A stretch of DNA of 64,000 nt, taken from assembly GCA_964035545.1 (NCBI GenBank), contig OZ037770.1, positions 12,452,642 to 12,516,641 on the forward strand. The letters run 5' to 3'. The notes under the pieces are model-generated. The model did not search any database. It was not told where the DNA came from and saw nothing but the letters and a program-made list of their open reading frames with translations. Position 1 is the stretch's first letter. Every line of letters begins with the position of its first letter. Positions 1 to 16,925 of the stretch are shown one piece after another. The translations under genes were made by a program, and so were the position numbers. The stretch is from Bugula neritina. Lineage: Eukaryota > Animalia > Bryozoa.

Positions 1-1249
1 AGAGGAGACAAATCTTAAAAAGAAAACATTACTAATTGAGGAGACAAATCTAAAGAGAGGACAACAGGATATGGAAGCATATAAAGCATATTCGATCTCA
101 CTCAAGAGTTGTCTCATCCAACATTGTGTTTACAAAAGACAAATCTTTAAAAAAAGCATCACTTATTGAGGAAAAAAATCTAAATCATGTGGAAGCATAC
201 CAGAGTCATAATTGTTTTATCCAACATTGTATTTACACAGGTATTGATTTTCTATGCATGAATATTTTCAACAACCTTATGAATTACCAAATGTAGCAAA
301 TTTAGGGAGTGGCTAATTCTATAATCTATTTGAAACTCACCTAATTTCCTTGCATTGTATTGGAGTTGTGTACTCAATAGTTGCATTTAGCCGTTCTTGC
401 ATTATGAGTATAATGAAGTCACTATATATAGTGACATAGTGACTATAGTTAACATAACAGTCATAACCTAAGAACCTAACTCTTTAAGTTTGCAACATTT
501 GTGATTGTGAATTAGTTTTTTAGGCTAGGGTTGTTTCGAACTTTTGTATGAGTAAGAGTAATTCAATAAAAACATTGCGTTCAACCTGTATGCTGCAATT
601 TACTACAATTTTCTAGTTTTATTATGTATAATTAGGCATCATTTTCACATTGAATGCTAAGATGGTACGCTCCATGGCTAATCAAAACCTGTTATTAAGG
701 AAACAACGAGCATCGAAGAAAAAGAATTTATAAAAGAGGAGAATTACTAAATTACTTTCTAGGAAGAAGTAAACCAACCATATAAAATGTGGTAAGCCAG
801 CGGCCAGTATTAGATACGTGCATGAATTTATGCTTGGTGCTTGTTGCCTTTGTTTATTGTACCTTATTTTACACGCTATGTTAGAGTAGCATTATCCATA
901 GGGCTTGTAATATAAACAGAAAATTAAATACATGTGTTTGACAAAAGTATAAAGAATGTTATTGAAATATTGAAACATGATTTACTGGGATGTTATGTTC
1001 ACGTTATAGTCATTGGCCAGCCAGGGTGGAAGAGAGAAAATACTAAAAGGCATTTTCTTTCAGAGTTTATTTATACAACAAAAGACAAACTATATTTTAG
1101 AAATTTTCAAATGTACTGAATAATTTTGTGAAATAAAAGGAAACAAACAGATTTAAAACAGGTACTAATTTTTAGTTTACAAAGTTTTTAGTGAAAGATT
1201 TGTCGAAAAAAGAATTGACTAGATACAACCATATTAAATACTATTTTCT

Positions 1250-1300
<51 letters not shown>

Positions 1301-1716
1301 GATTTGCTATCTAAACTCTATAAATAGTTTTACAAATAAAAAGAAACAAATTATTGGTATTACCTATAAAATTGAATCATAAATTAATTCATTTGTATTT
1401 TTGCATAAAATTTGCATTATAATTAATTTTTGTTCAGTTTATTGCATTATGCTAATTTATCTAATTCCTACATTAAACAAAAGTTTGTGAAGGAAGAATA
1501 AGAAAAAAATAACTGCATGAGTGTTCAAACCTAATCTGGCATTTTTCCCAATAATTTAAAAACTACTACCACTCTAAAACCGTCACACAAATTTTATTAT
1601 TGTGGTCATTTGACATTTTTCTTAAAGGTTTGGAGAATAAAAATGTGAACAGCAAAATAAAAGTAATTGCAGCAAATATGTAAAATTTACTGCTTGTAAC
1701 TTATACCTGCTATTGC

Positions 1717-4399
<2,683 letters not shown>

Positions 4400-5568
4400 T
4401 TCCTTAGGATTTTTAATCAAATAGGCTTAATATTTTCGCAAGCTATCTGAAAAAAACATATAGTAACAAATGATACAAATACTTTATTTCATCTGATCTA
4501 TGCTGTCTTGAAAATAAAATTTACAAATCCTGATTAGAAACTGGTAGCTATTTCACTTTTTGAATTAAAAAAATAAAACTAACTTACCTTCAACTTTAGA
4601 CCTTAGATATGAATGGATGAAACTTCTATATAGCTATATAGATTATCAAGATGAAGCATGAGATAAATATAGAATATTTAATTATACAGCACGAGTAGGC
4701 GAGTATAACGTTGCCAGGGTGTATTGAATTAAATGCCGGTTAGTTTTGCATGTACTATGAATTTATACATCGGGACGGTAGGCTTAAATTACAATAATTT
4801 TAAAAAATTCTACATTGTTCAAAGCCTGCTGATTTCCTCCTCAAAGTTGAAGTTTCCTCTTAGAGGAAATCCCCGTTAAATAAAACCCAATAAAATTATA
4901 AGTGTAGATTAAAATTTCCATTAAGGTATCAGTTATCCTTTTTTTTGGATCAATATTTCTATAATCTGTGTTTTACAGTACATTGAACTTTCCATACTCC
5001 AAATGTTTGCATAATTTTTTTTCAATATAAACCCTGGTAAAGAGCAAAGCTCACGTAAAGCTGCTAGATGTACATCTATAAATGCTTACTCAAAGATTAG
5101 CTTTTCTGTTATAGAATAACATTGTCTGCATAAAAGGAATATCTACACTATATCTAAAGTGTACATGAATCCAACACTATACGTTTATTTACTCTTGTCT
5201 GACGTTTGTTTATTCAAGTTTGCAGCTTGAAACCGCTCACTTATTTAATTTACTCTGAGCAAACAGGTGTTTGACTTTGGCCTTGATGCCGGCAAAGAGG
5301 TTTACTATATTTTGGAGGACAGTATATACTAAAATTATAACGCTGAAAATATTTCCTCTTGAACTGTGAAATGATAATTTTTTTTAATATACTAGAAACA
5401 TGGTTGAATAAATTGAGCATATATGTGGGGAAAATCAACAACTTTTATTGTGACATATAAAGAACAAAATGTTTTATTATATATAATGTACCCATCTTCA
5501 ATCATCATAATACACAAACAGAAATTAATGGACAAATATACATAAGTGTAGTGTTGAGTATATTCAGT

Positions 5569-5635
5569 GGTCTCTGTGGTGTTTAATAGTTAGAGCGAAA
5601 ACTGGCGGTCTAACGTTCGAATCCCGGTAGGGCAA
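5569..5635 (+). mobile_element. Possible tRNA-like SINE head (degenerate)
   Basis: Box A-like TGGTGTTTAATAG and box B GTTCGAATCC; no full cloverleaf. Confidence 0.3.
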
Positions 5636-6496
5636 AATTATTTTATAAGTTGTCAAAAATAGCACAATGAGTTTTTTATTGTAAAAGTCACAAATTGTCT
5701 GTTTTGAGCAAAAGTTTAAATAATAGCAGGATGGTATACACAGTAAGTAAAGCTTTTGTTTTAGTAATTAATTAATAGACACATTTAACCAATGGCCGAA
5801 AGTTGGGTGAGTACAAAAAGTTGCACCAGATTTCTACCAATTTCTCAAGACCTCTACCACAGTCCTTAACTCTAGACAACCGTCTTGAGTTTGACTTGGT
5901 TAACCCTCACAATGACTCTGCAGCTACAAGCATGAATTAATTAACTTCAAAAGACAAACAAATCCGTATAGCATAAAGATATATACTTCATAATATATAC
6001 AATATAATGTTGTATATTTAGGCTTCACTGCAATCAATGGGTTTATTTATTGAAAACCATTTCACCAGGTTTGTAATTAATTATAAGAGTTTTTTTACTG
6101 CGAATAACACACAAATAAAATGTATAATAACTAACACAAACGTTACATAATAGAGAGCTATCAGTACACAACTTTACACTAGCATTATCAAGTCTTTTCT
6201 GCCGGCTAGTCAATTAGGCAAGCTTTCACTATACACACACAGCTCCGCCTACTACTAATTACTGTTCTTGTCTCATTGGCTATCACGGTGGTGCCATCGC
6301 ACTAAGAGCTGACATGATGAAAAAATGCATCAAGCCTCCAGTCGAGGGAAGAGTTTCTTTTCGATATATATACATAACATACATAATATAAAATCTCTAC
6401 AATATAACTCAATCTGTGCACAGCAACTGTCTCAGAATTGTCTCCTCATATTTCCCATTAGGATCTAGTGTGAGTAACTATATATATATTATATAT

Positions 6497-6700
<204 letters not shown>

Positions 6701-7133
6701 TTCTATATATATATATATATACTTATATATAACTCAAAATTGTAATGGATATTAATGCATAAATAGAGTTTAATGTACTAGAATAAAGAACTTCATTAAA
6801 CAAATGTATTACTTATAAGTATAAGTTTAACAAAATGTGTTTTACAATTTCCTTAATGCTATTGAATAGTATGTTTTCCAACGAGGACGCTATCTCGTAA
6901 TCAATATTAGCAAGTTTAAGCAACTCATGTATTTAAAAGAAAAATATATCTGCTTCTTTGTTGAACTTTAATGAAAGGTTTTACTATAAGTATTTCTTCT
7001 GTATACATTGCATACATTAAAAAGAGTCAGTCAAATGAATGGTTGCTTAGCTGCAACATCTTTTGCTTAAATAAACATTTTCTGCCAAGATCTTTTGCTT
7101 CAATATCAGTTATCTGTGAGAAGCTGCAATAAG

Positions 7134-9954
7134 ATGGCTGGTAGACTTTTTGTATGCAGATTTGGTAAGTTTGCTATTTTTCCTATGGTAATTGTTTATA
7201 TCATGATGATGTTTACAAATATGTTATAAAAAATGAAAACAGTCAGTAAAAGTTACAAAGGATGTTTGTTTTTCTTCCTATAACGTACACTATAAACGCT
7301 ATATTATAGCTACAATTCATAGACTATAAATAGTACGTAAAAGTATTAAAATCAACTACTGATTATAAAAAAATTTATATGGTTTTGTTGCCATTTTTTA
7401 GTACTGTTGGTAAAGCTTACAGTTCTGGTGGCTGTATTTGGCTACCAGACTGTTCTTTACAAGAGTTATGTCATACCAGAATCTCTATCCAATATTTCAC
7501 AACATGACTCTGGGACAGCCATCTCTACCAGCTACTGTGGCTTTAATTGTATGAGAAGAGAAGAATGCAACGGATTCACATTTGATTGGCTAACCAAGAA
7601 GTGCTCTGTTAAAACATGTGTTAACCCTAATCTGTATCCTGAAGGACAGGGAGATGATTCTGATTTCTACATCAGAGCAAATGTTGGGAAAAGATTCAGT
7701 AAAGTTTTAGCTAGGAGTAAGGGCATCTATATTTTACCTAAAATTGCTTTATGTTCAATTTGTTGAAAAGATTAGTTTCTATAAATAAAAATATTAATAG
7801 CTCTTGCTAACTTTAAAATGATAAGCCAAGTTTTAAAAACAAAAGCTTGTAAATTTTAAAAAAGGGCAATCTATATTGAAAAAAAATCAATACAATTTTT
7901 TTTATAGCAATTAAAGCTAATTTAATAAAAATGTTTGTTTTTCAGACAAGCCAGCAAAGCTGTCATCTGTTCATGCTCATTATAAAGCAGAAATGGCTGT
8001 TGATGGAATCTATGAAACACCAGATGAATCAATGGTGCACAGTAATCATGAGACTAGACCATGGTGGAGAGTAGACCTGGGAGATGTACACTGTGTCTGG
8101 GCTGTCAACATTTTTAACAGATATATTAGTAAGTTAGACTGCATGAGTATAATTAATAGACAAAAATTTATGTGATTAATAGCCTAGATACGTACCAAAA
8201 ACTGCTCGTAACTATAATAATATAGGACGCAACTGTTCAAGATAAAATTCCAGCCTCCGTTAATTTTGTTATTTCGTTTCATTCTAATTTGTCAATCAAA
8301 GATTTCAAAAAATTATCTATAGTGACAAATCCTATGTGCAGCAGTTGGGCTGTAAATTATTTTTCTAGCGCTATAATTTAGGACAAAAATTTGTGTCTAT
8401 ATAGGGATGTTGATAAAATACTATAATTATATAATACTATAATAATATAATACTATAATAATATAATAATATAATACTATAATAATATAATACTATAATA
8501 CTATAATAATACAATATTATAATAATATAATAATATAATACTATAATACTATAATAATAAAATATTATAATAATATAATACTATAATACTCTAATAATAC
8601 AATATTATAATAATATAATACTGAAATAATATAATACTATAATAATATAATACTATAATAATAAAATACTATGATAATATAATACTATAATAATACAATA
8701 TTATAATAATATAATACTATAATAATATAATACTATAATAATATAATACTATAATAATATAATACTATAATAGTATAATATTATAATAACTATGTATATA
8801 TATAATCTATAAGAGGGTACGCTTAAAGTCAAACAGACTGACTACAAAAACATTTTGATTGCATATTTTAAATTAACAGATTAATATGCTGGTCATCTCA
8901 AAGTCTATATATACACTCACCAGTTTATTGCTATAATAGATTGCTGTAGCCATAGCAACAACTATACACATGATTTGTACTAATACTATTCTCAAACCTG
9001 AATAAGTAATAAGTAAAAATTGTTTGTTATTTGAAATTATTTTATTTACTTCCTTGTGTTATTGACCAGGCCAAACTATTGGCCAACAAATGTTATCGTG
9101 CAAGAAACGTAATTACCTAGCCCCTGAGCATTTTCCTTATAGGATTATCTCTACTTTGCCATGAAGGTTAAGCATTGAGCTGTGCATAGGCTGAAGTGGT
9201 AATTAAGTATTCTTAAGCCTAAATTTTACTAATGTCCATTGTACTTATCATTGTGAGATTCTGAGTGCAGCTACATATGCATATGCATGTGCACAAATTT
9301 TTGTTAGATAGAGAAACGCAATAATATGGTAATTATAATAGAATAATTATACAGTTTAATTTTGGCCTGTGATCATTCAAGTCTACTGTTTATGTTTTAA
9401 ATTTGATGGAAACACTTTAAGGTTATTACTGCTATAACAGTTGTCTGTTAATGCTCAAGCATGAGGAAATTTTTGCATCCAACATTTAAACAGCAGCGTT
9501 GCAACTATAGCTGCATCTACATTAATACATTTTATTTGGCACAGCTTTTAAAAACTTTTGTTTGTGTAATTTTGTGTCAGGTGCATGTATTTAAACAATT
9601 TTTTTATTTAATATAAAGCATATTATACAAATTATTAAAAAGTGCGTAATGTAGTGACTTTAGTTGTAGAACAAATGACATCATATTATAGTATAACACC
9701 GTTTATATTGTTTTTTAGGCTTACATCTTAGCCAGAGATCAATCAACACAGAAGTAACAGTGGCTATGGTAGAGGAAGATATAGAGTTTACTGGATCTAA
9801 CAGAGAAGTTCTGTGTAAATATGTTGATGGTTATCTCAACCAATACTACACTCTGATTACGTGTGATCAACCAATCAGTGGCCGCTTTGTCCAGATTCTG
9901 CTTAACGAATACACAATGTTAAACCTCTATGAGGTTGAAGTTCATGGTTATTAA
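7134..9954 (+). CDS. Secreted PAN + F-type lectin protein, copy 2 (254 aa, intact)
   Basis: Exons 7134-7164, 7402-7716, 7946-8128, 9719-9954; GT-AG, phase 1-1-1, 765 nt; same motifs as copy 1. Confidence 0.87.
8415..8792. repeat. AT-rich minisatellite (about 13-bp ATAATACTATAAT-type units) in intron 3 of copy 2
   Basis: Direct tandem repetition. Confidence 0.85.
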
Positions 9955-9976
9955 ATGTTAGAGGTTAAATTTGTTG

Positions 9977-9977
<1 letters not shown>

Positions 9978-10067
<90 letters not shown>

Positions 10068-10103
10068 TATTACAGCAAGGGAGGGATCATGTGTATATGT
10101 TAC

Positions 10104-10190
<87 letters not shown>

Positions 10191-10357
10191 ATTGTATCGT
10201 GAGATTTTTAAAAAGCAGCGGATAAAAAAGTGCTTAAATTATTATGTGTATATAATAATGAGCAATTATATTATTGAGGAAAAGAGCAATTTAATTATAT
10301 AGATGTTGTTTTATGTGCAATAAAACAACATCTATATAATTAAATTGCTCTTTTCCT

Positions 10358-10438
<81 letters not shown>

Positions 10439-10478
10439 ACATATATACATGACCCCTCCCTTGCTGTAATATGAATAT
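9978..10478. repeat. Fold-back structure: (TA)n / 45-bp arm / (TA)n / Penelope-like terminal fragment ending in a 47-bp-arm hairpin / (TA)n / inverted arm
   Basis: 10062-10107 is inverted at 10430-10478. 10187-10314 matches 62686-62811. 10268-10366 has perfectly complementary arms around a 5-nt loop. Confidence 0.8.
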
Positions 10479-12646
10479 ATTTTCGTGCTTGTGTGTCTTA
10501 TTTATATTCCATTAAAAGAAAAATAAGTTTTGTCATGCAAAGAGCTGTAGTTATAATAGTTTTATGCATTTGTTGGATTGTATTAGTAAATTATTAATAT
10601 CTTGAGCTGTGAAAAGGAATAAATAATAATTGTACATGTACATGCGCATGAGGCTTTGCATTGGCCTTTTTTTCGATTCTAATTTTGTTCTGCAGGTAAT
10701 TTCCATATAATATGCCAACTACTGTTTTTTTGCTTTTGTTGTTTTTATTTGTTTAGTGAAACATGGCTGGTTAGGTTTACAAATTGTGTTAGGAAACAAT
10801 ATTTGTTTTGTATTTCATAACACATTTTGAATTTTTTCAGTGTTGTGAAGAGCTTAAGGGGAATATATTTTTGATAAAATATATTCCATGCATGTGAATA
10901 TAATCAGTTTGTGCAAATATATAATTATGTCCTTTGAAAATACACTAGACTTCAATATCATGTCATCAGAATCGCGTGAAAATAGTATGCATAAGCTCCA
11001 AATTGTTCATACATAAAACAGTTATTACCAGAATGAAATATTCACAACATACTATCTGACTATATTTTATAATGATGGTTAAGGTTCTACTCGTGATTTG
11101 GATTCAATTAGTTGTTAGAAAAATATTATGCTAATCTAGAAAAATAACACAATTGCATTTTCGACTAGCAATTAAGTTATGATAAATAATTTACACATTA
11201 ATCACAAAACAATATATATGCTTCTTCGAGATGCATGTTTAATTCAGCGTATAACACTCATATAGAAACATTCATTTCATCAGAGTCATATTTTCTAAAC
11301 TATATAATGAGTTGTTCATCTACATATACTATCTGCTGCATAATAAATCATAGAATAAATCTAAAAATAGATTTGGATAGGTCAACAGTATAAGAACATG
11401 CTTCATTACACGCTTGCAACTATCCCATACATATATACTGAAAATCCAAAGTAATCACTTTAAAGTTACGGGGCTCCGGCTAAATCACCATTTTTGTGTT
11501 ATACTTGCAGCTTTTATTTTTAATTGCTTGGGTTTCTTATTTCAAGCTGTGTTAACAGCTTGCTTAGTGTAATTATAGTTTTACTGCTTTTGTAGAAAGC
11601 TATTTCAATTAAAAACTAATTTATTTTATGGTAATGCAGTCTGTATAAGTGAAAGAACTCATTTATATTGAAGACATTGTGCGCTCTCATATATATATTC
11701 TATATATACATATGTAAAACTTCAATCAATACACCTGCCATAATTAGTTTCCACTGTATAAAGTTTTTTATTGACTAAACTGTACAAAGGAGATGAAGTA
11801 AAGATTCTGCCATGTTGCTATATATATATATATACCTATAATGTTAGACTTTAATTATACTTATAGATAACTAAGACTGTATAAATATAATACTGCCAGC
11901 TTCGGCATTTAAAAACCTTACAAACTAACTCTTTATTGGTAAAAAATTTTTTAAATTACTATTACAATAACTGCCAGAGTCAGAATATATAACATTATGG
12001 AATGACTAAAATTATTAATTATTTTTTTAAAAATAAAAAATATTTAATTCTTATATCTGATACCTAGCCTGCATAGCCTAGGCATAATTTAAACAGCAGC
12101 ATCATTTTTCCAATAACTTATACCGAATGTTATTATAAATCTCGAATCAAATGTATACAAATTCTGTTTTTTATCTTTATAGGTATGAGTTCTCTATTAT
12201 ATGTACCTTTAAACTCTCTCTATTCTCTTGAAGTTGTTGAGATAAAGCATGCATTTATTGCACAAAGAGCTGTGAAAATGTAATGAACAACTACAGTTCA
12301 ACATACTACTTACTAAATTACAAAACTTCATTACACTGATTTGTTTCTCAGCATGTATAAATTTATTTATGAAAATGAAAATAACATTTCAAGTTTTCCT
12401 TAATATTACATGTTTAGTTTAGTTAACTGAAGGTGTAATTACAGTGGGTAGTTTTATGAAACTCATTTTAACTTCAAAGAGAGATTTTCATATTGTTTCT
12501 CATAAATAATTGATTTTGTTGTAACTCACTTGTTGTTATTAAATACATGAATTATTGTTTAGCTAAAAGAGGCTTGGCATGTAGCTAACTTAAAATGTTA
12601 TGATTTTTTTTCATGGTATCATTTAGCTGTTAAATGTGCTGAGAGA

Positions 12647-14521
12647 ATGAATGGCAGATTGCTGACTGGCAGAGTTTGTAAGTTTTACTGTTTTTCATAT
12701 ATAGCTACTACTTACATGTTATATATGCACAATGAAACTGTAGGAATTATATATATATATATATATATATTAAAATAATAATAAAAAATGCTATCATGGA
12801 GCCAATAGATAAATAAGGATAAACTTACATGAAACAGCCTCTGCATGTGTATAGCCTCATGAAAGTGTTGTGGTTTTTTTGGTAATATTTTTATAATTTG
12901 TTATGCTCTCTGCATGGAAGCACTGGTCAAATTTTGCTTAAATGATTTTTGCAGTGCTGTTAGTGCAGCTCACAGCTCTGATTGTATTTGGTGATCAGAC
13001 TGTCCTCTACAAGAGTTATGTCATGCCAGAATCTCTATCCAACATTTCACAGCATGACTCTGAGACAGCCATCTCCAGCAGTCACTGTGCTTTAGATTGT
13101 TTGGAGAAAAAGAGATGCAATGGATTCATATTTGATTGGCTAACTAAGAAGTGCTCTGTTAAAACATGTGTTAACCCTAACCTGTATTCTGAAGGACAGA
13201 GAGATGATTTTGACTTTTATATTCGAACTGATATTGAAGATTGGGCCAGTAAAGTACTAGCTAGGAGTAAGCTTCATTGATAATGTTTAGTTGAGCTGAC
13301 TTTTCAGTTTGCAGTTTTGAGCGGCATATTTTTTTATTTAAATTTTCTTCTTTGCATAGAAATTAATTATGGTCAATAATCGTTAACTCTATTACAACTT
13401 GAAACGGTTGGTGCATAGGAACAGTAGTTCTGATTCGAACACATTATTAGTACTTAATAATTCAGCTATAGCATTAAGGAAATGTGATTTTGCCATTGCT
13501 TATTGAAAAATTATTATTTTAAAATATGTATCGTCTTTAAGATAAATCAGCAAAGATGTCCTCGGTGTATCTTGATCCCGATGGAGAGAATTCCTATGAT
13601 GCATCGAAAGCAGTTGACGGAATCTACCAACTGCCACAAATTGATGAGTCTCTGGTACACAGTAAAAGGGAGGCTAGACCATGGTAGAGAGTAAACCTGG
13701 GATATGTGCACTGTGTCTGGGCTGTCGACATTCTAAACAGATATCACGGTGAACATTACCAACTCATTTCTAGTTAATTTTCCCGTTTATTTTCTTGCGT
13801 ATATTGCAACGGCACACTATTTCTTGAAAATGCTTTGCTAAAGAGATTAAGTATAAAAAGCTATATTGATTTAATTTGTTGGGGGAAACAACTCGTGCAC
13901 CCCAAACTTCCTTATAATAGCTCATAATCCTCTGCATTAGGTTTTTGCTAAAGAGAAACCCAAAGAATATATAAAGTCGTTTATAAATATCTCAATAACA
14001 TCTCACAGCTTGGTCTTTTTTATATGTTTAAGCTAAAACAGTTACTATATATAGTGCACATTTAATTTAGTTTAAGTTAGCTGTGTATGATTAAGTGACA
14101 GCATATTTAGGTGATCATTCCACTAACTGTGATTAGGTTTGCTAATTATTTACGTTCTAACTCCATACAGATGTCAATATTCTGTACAAACTGCACTAAG
14201 TTGCCAAAGTGAAGTATTTCCCAACTGTGATCTTGCTTTTTAGGTAAGTACCATAGTGAGAGATCAGTCAACACAGAAGTAACAGTTGCTATGGTAGAGG
14301 AAGATATAGAGTTTACTGGATCTAACAGAGAAGTTCTGTGTAAATATGTTGATGGTTATCTCAACCAATACTACACTCTGATTACATGTGATCAACCAAT
14401 CAGTGGCCGCTTTGTTCAGATTCTGTTTAATGCTAAAACAATGCTCAATCTTTGTGAGGTTGAAATTCATGGATACTATAGCAACTCTTGTATAATGAAA
14501 ACATTCAATATCCAGTGTTAG
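12647..14521 (+). pseudogene. PAN + F-type lectin copy 3, probable pseudogene or null allele
   Basis: Exons 12647-12677, 12955-13266, 13542-13748, 14244-14521. TGG>TAG at 13685-13687 in the conserved RPWW motif. The normal stop after HGY is lost, giving a 14-aa extension. Confidence 0.8.
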
Positions 14522-15861
14522 CTTTCAATATTAGTGTATAATGTGTAATTGTGCTTATACTCATGAAGGTGATATATCTAGATAAAGGTTCAATATATCA
14601 TTTATTTGGTATATGAGGCTATACGACCGTGTTACTAGCCACAGTGTGTGAATTTTCTTTTATGTTAGTGTTGTGGCAGTCATAATTATATGCTATTTTT
14701 TATTTCTCAATATACTTGTCTGGCATTGGACTTTTAATGCAAAGTTTGTTACAAATAGATGTGAAAATGTACCCCAAATCAAAGTTCTCAGCTTTATATT
14801 TGCTTTTGTTGTAGGACTTTTATGAAATGGTTATTATATAGCCTGCGCAGCATTTCAATCACACGAAGCATAGTTTTAAACCACTTGGTACTATTATAAA
14901 TGACAATGATTATTTTTGGCAATCAGCTGTAACAGCATAAACTACATTTCACTTCACTGAAAGTTTTAAGTAAAAACATTTTGCTATAGATATTCATTTA
15001 CTTGAAGAATGCATGAAGACTGTTCACACCTATAAGTAAATGTTTTACACACAAAACACATATTAAACTACAAATTAGTACATGCAGTTATAATTAGGAC
15101 AACCAGAAACATGTCTTTATAAATTGAAATTTCTTTCTCGTGACAATTCACTTTGTGTTTCAAGGATTCAGAAATTTTTTGAATGAAAAATGGATCAAAC
15201 TAATCTTGTTTGACACACCAGCAAGAGCTTCTGTTAAATACCAAAGAGCACACAACTTCAATACATGCCTGTGATATACAATTTATATGATGCATGTTGA
15301 AGTGATCTATTTATTTCGCTAAAATCAATAAAATCTCATCACCAGCTATATCAATTAAAGGCATCACTCCAGTTGAGTTACTTCAAAATGGATAAAATAT
15401 TATGCAAATTGAAGCTAAACAATAATGAAATTGCATCGTAAATTAAATAACAATATATAGATTATCAAAATGAGACAATTTGATCTTTTAAACAAGACAA
15501 GTATATTATTTTAAATTAATTACTAGCTGTCAAATATTACGCTGTTTACACCCATTTTATATAAATTGATAATTCCTATTTCAAATGACAGCATGGATGC
15601 TAAAAATTAGGCTATATTATAAAATAATTGTTAAATTACAAATTAGGTAAATGGAAAAACTTTAAAAAGCTTCTTTTATACTTTTCCATTTTAGCATTAA
15701 ACAGAACCTAGATGGGCATTTCAGAATATCAGAATCTGGGCATATATTTACATTCAAAACATGATCAAATTAAAACATGTGTAACTGAATATAAGTGAAT
15801 GCGCTAATATATTTTTGGAAAATAGGCTTCGTTGTTGCTAACTATTATCATATATTATTAT

Positions 15862-15936
<75 letters not shown>

Positions 15937-16015
15937 TATCTTTACAAGCTAGCAATTTGATTATAAATAGGTATACGAGAAACATTGTTATTTATTACTT
16001 TATTACGTAAAGTAA

Positions 16016-16062
16016 TTACACTGATATTTCGGGTACCACTGTACCCATCTTCAGAGTAGCAA
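16016..16062 (-). ncRNA. Minimal hammerhead ribozyme-like motif (inverted copy)
   Basis: Reverse complement of 16251-16297. Confidence 0.55.
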
Positions 16063-16250
16063 CATATCTATTTTTTTTGTCAACTCTAATTTATTTTTTA
16101 TGCAAAAAAATCAGTATAATTTTTGACCTGCGTAATATATAAAATAAGATTATCTCCCTAAGTTTCAATAATTTACAATAACTGCCACTCTCTATTCTTT
16201 GTGTCATGCATAACGTCTAACGTGACATAATAATTTTTGAATTTCATTCA

Positions 16251-16297
16251 TTGCTACTCTGAAGATGGGTACAGTGGTACCCGAAATATCAGTGTAA
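16251..16297 (+). ncRNA. Minimal type I hammerhead ribozyme-like motif
   Basis: ttgctact-CTGAAGA-t-GGGTAC(agtg)GTACCC-GAAA-ta-TC-agtgtaa: core boxes, 6-bp helix II, very short palindromic helix III, bulged helix I. Confidence 0.55.
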
Positions 16298-16336
16298 TTA
16301 CTTTACCTAATAAAGTAATAAATAAAAATGTTTCTC

Positions 16337-16426
<90 letters not shown>

Positions 16427-16427
16427 A

Positions 16428-16474
16428 TCTGTGTACAGCAGCTGTTTTGGGGTTTGTCCCCTCATCAGCACAGA
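16428..16474 (-). ncRNA. Degenerate hammerhead motif of another Penelope-like family
   Basis: tctgtg-CTGATGA-GGGG(acaaa)CCCC-AAAA-cagctg...cacaga; GAAA box mutated to AAAA; abuts (TA)n; decayed relative at about 6410-6450. Confidence 0.4.
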
Positions 16475-16586
16475 ACAGAGTACCATGGCCCACACCTTCG
16501 CAATAGTAGACACTTATGTTTTGACTAAAGCATACTCAAAAGGTGTGTAAACTCAAGCCAGAGAGCTCAAGTGATATATATATAGG

Positions 16587-16727
<141 letters not shown>

Positions 16728-16729
16728 TA

Positions 16730-16760
<31 letters not shown>

Positions 16761-16925
16761 ACTCATTTTTATGCTATGTGTTACTCAATATAAATTAAAC
16801 GGTGTCAACAGCGGATACTGCTTCTTGGATAAACTCCTGTAATATTATTGTAAATTAAACATATTTAAAGGATTATTTCACACATTCACAGTAATTGCCA
16901 AAGCAAAATGATTAGAATATAACTA

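Larger units (their letters stand above)
15975..16338. mobile_element. Inverted pair of 88-bp Penelope-like termini between (TA)n tracts
   Basis: 15975-16062 is a near-perfect reverse complement of 16251-16338; each arm contains a hammerhead core; (TA)n on both flanks. Confidence 0.7.

Noticed and set aside
1-240. Degenerate direct repeats (GAGGAGACAAATCT...)
   Set aside because: Truncated by the window edge; cannot be classified.
341-402. Possible minus-strand first exon (MQERLNATIEYTTPIQCKEI, donor GTGAG)
   Set aside because: Single short candidate at the window edge with no homology or partner exon visible.
5569-5635. Functional tRNA gene
   Set aside because: Box B present but no proper acceptor or anticodon stems; at most a SINE remnant.
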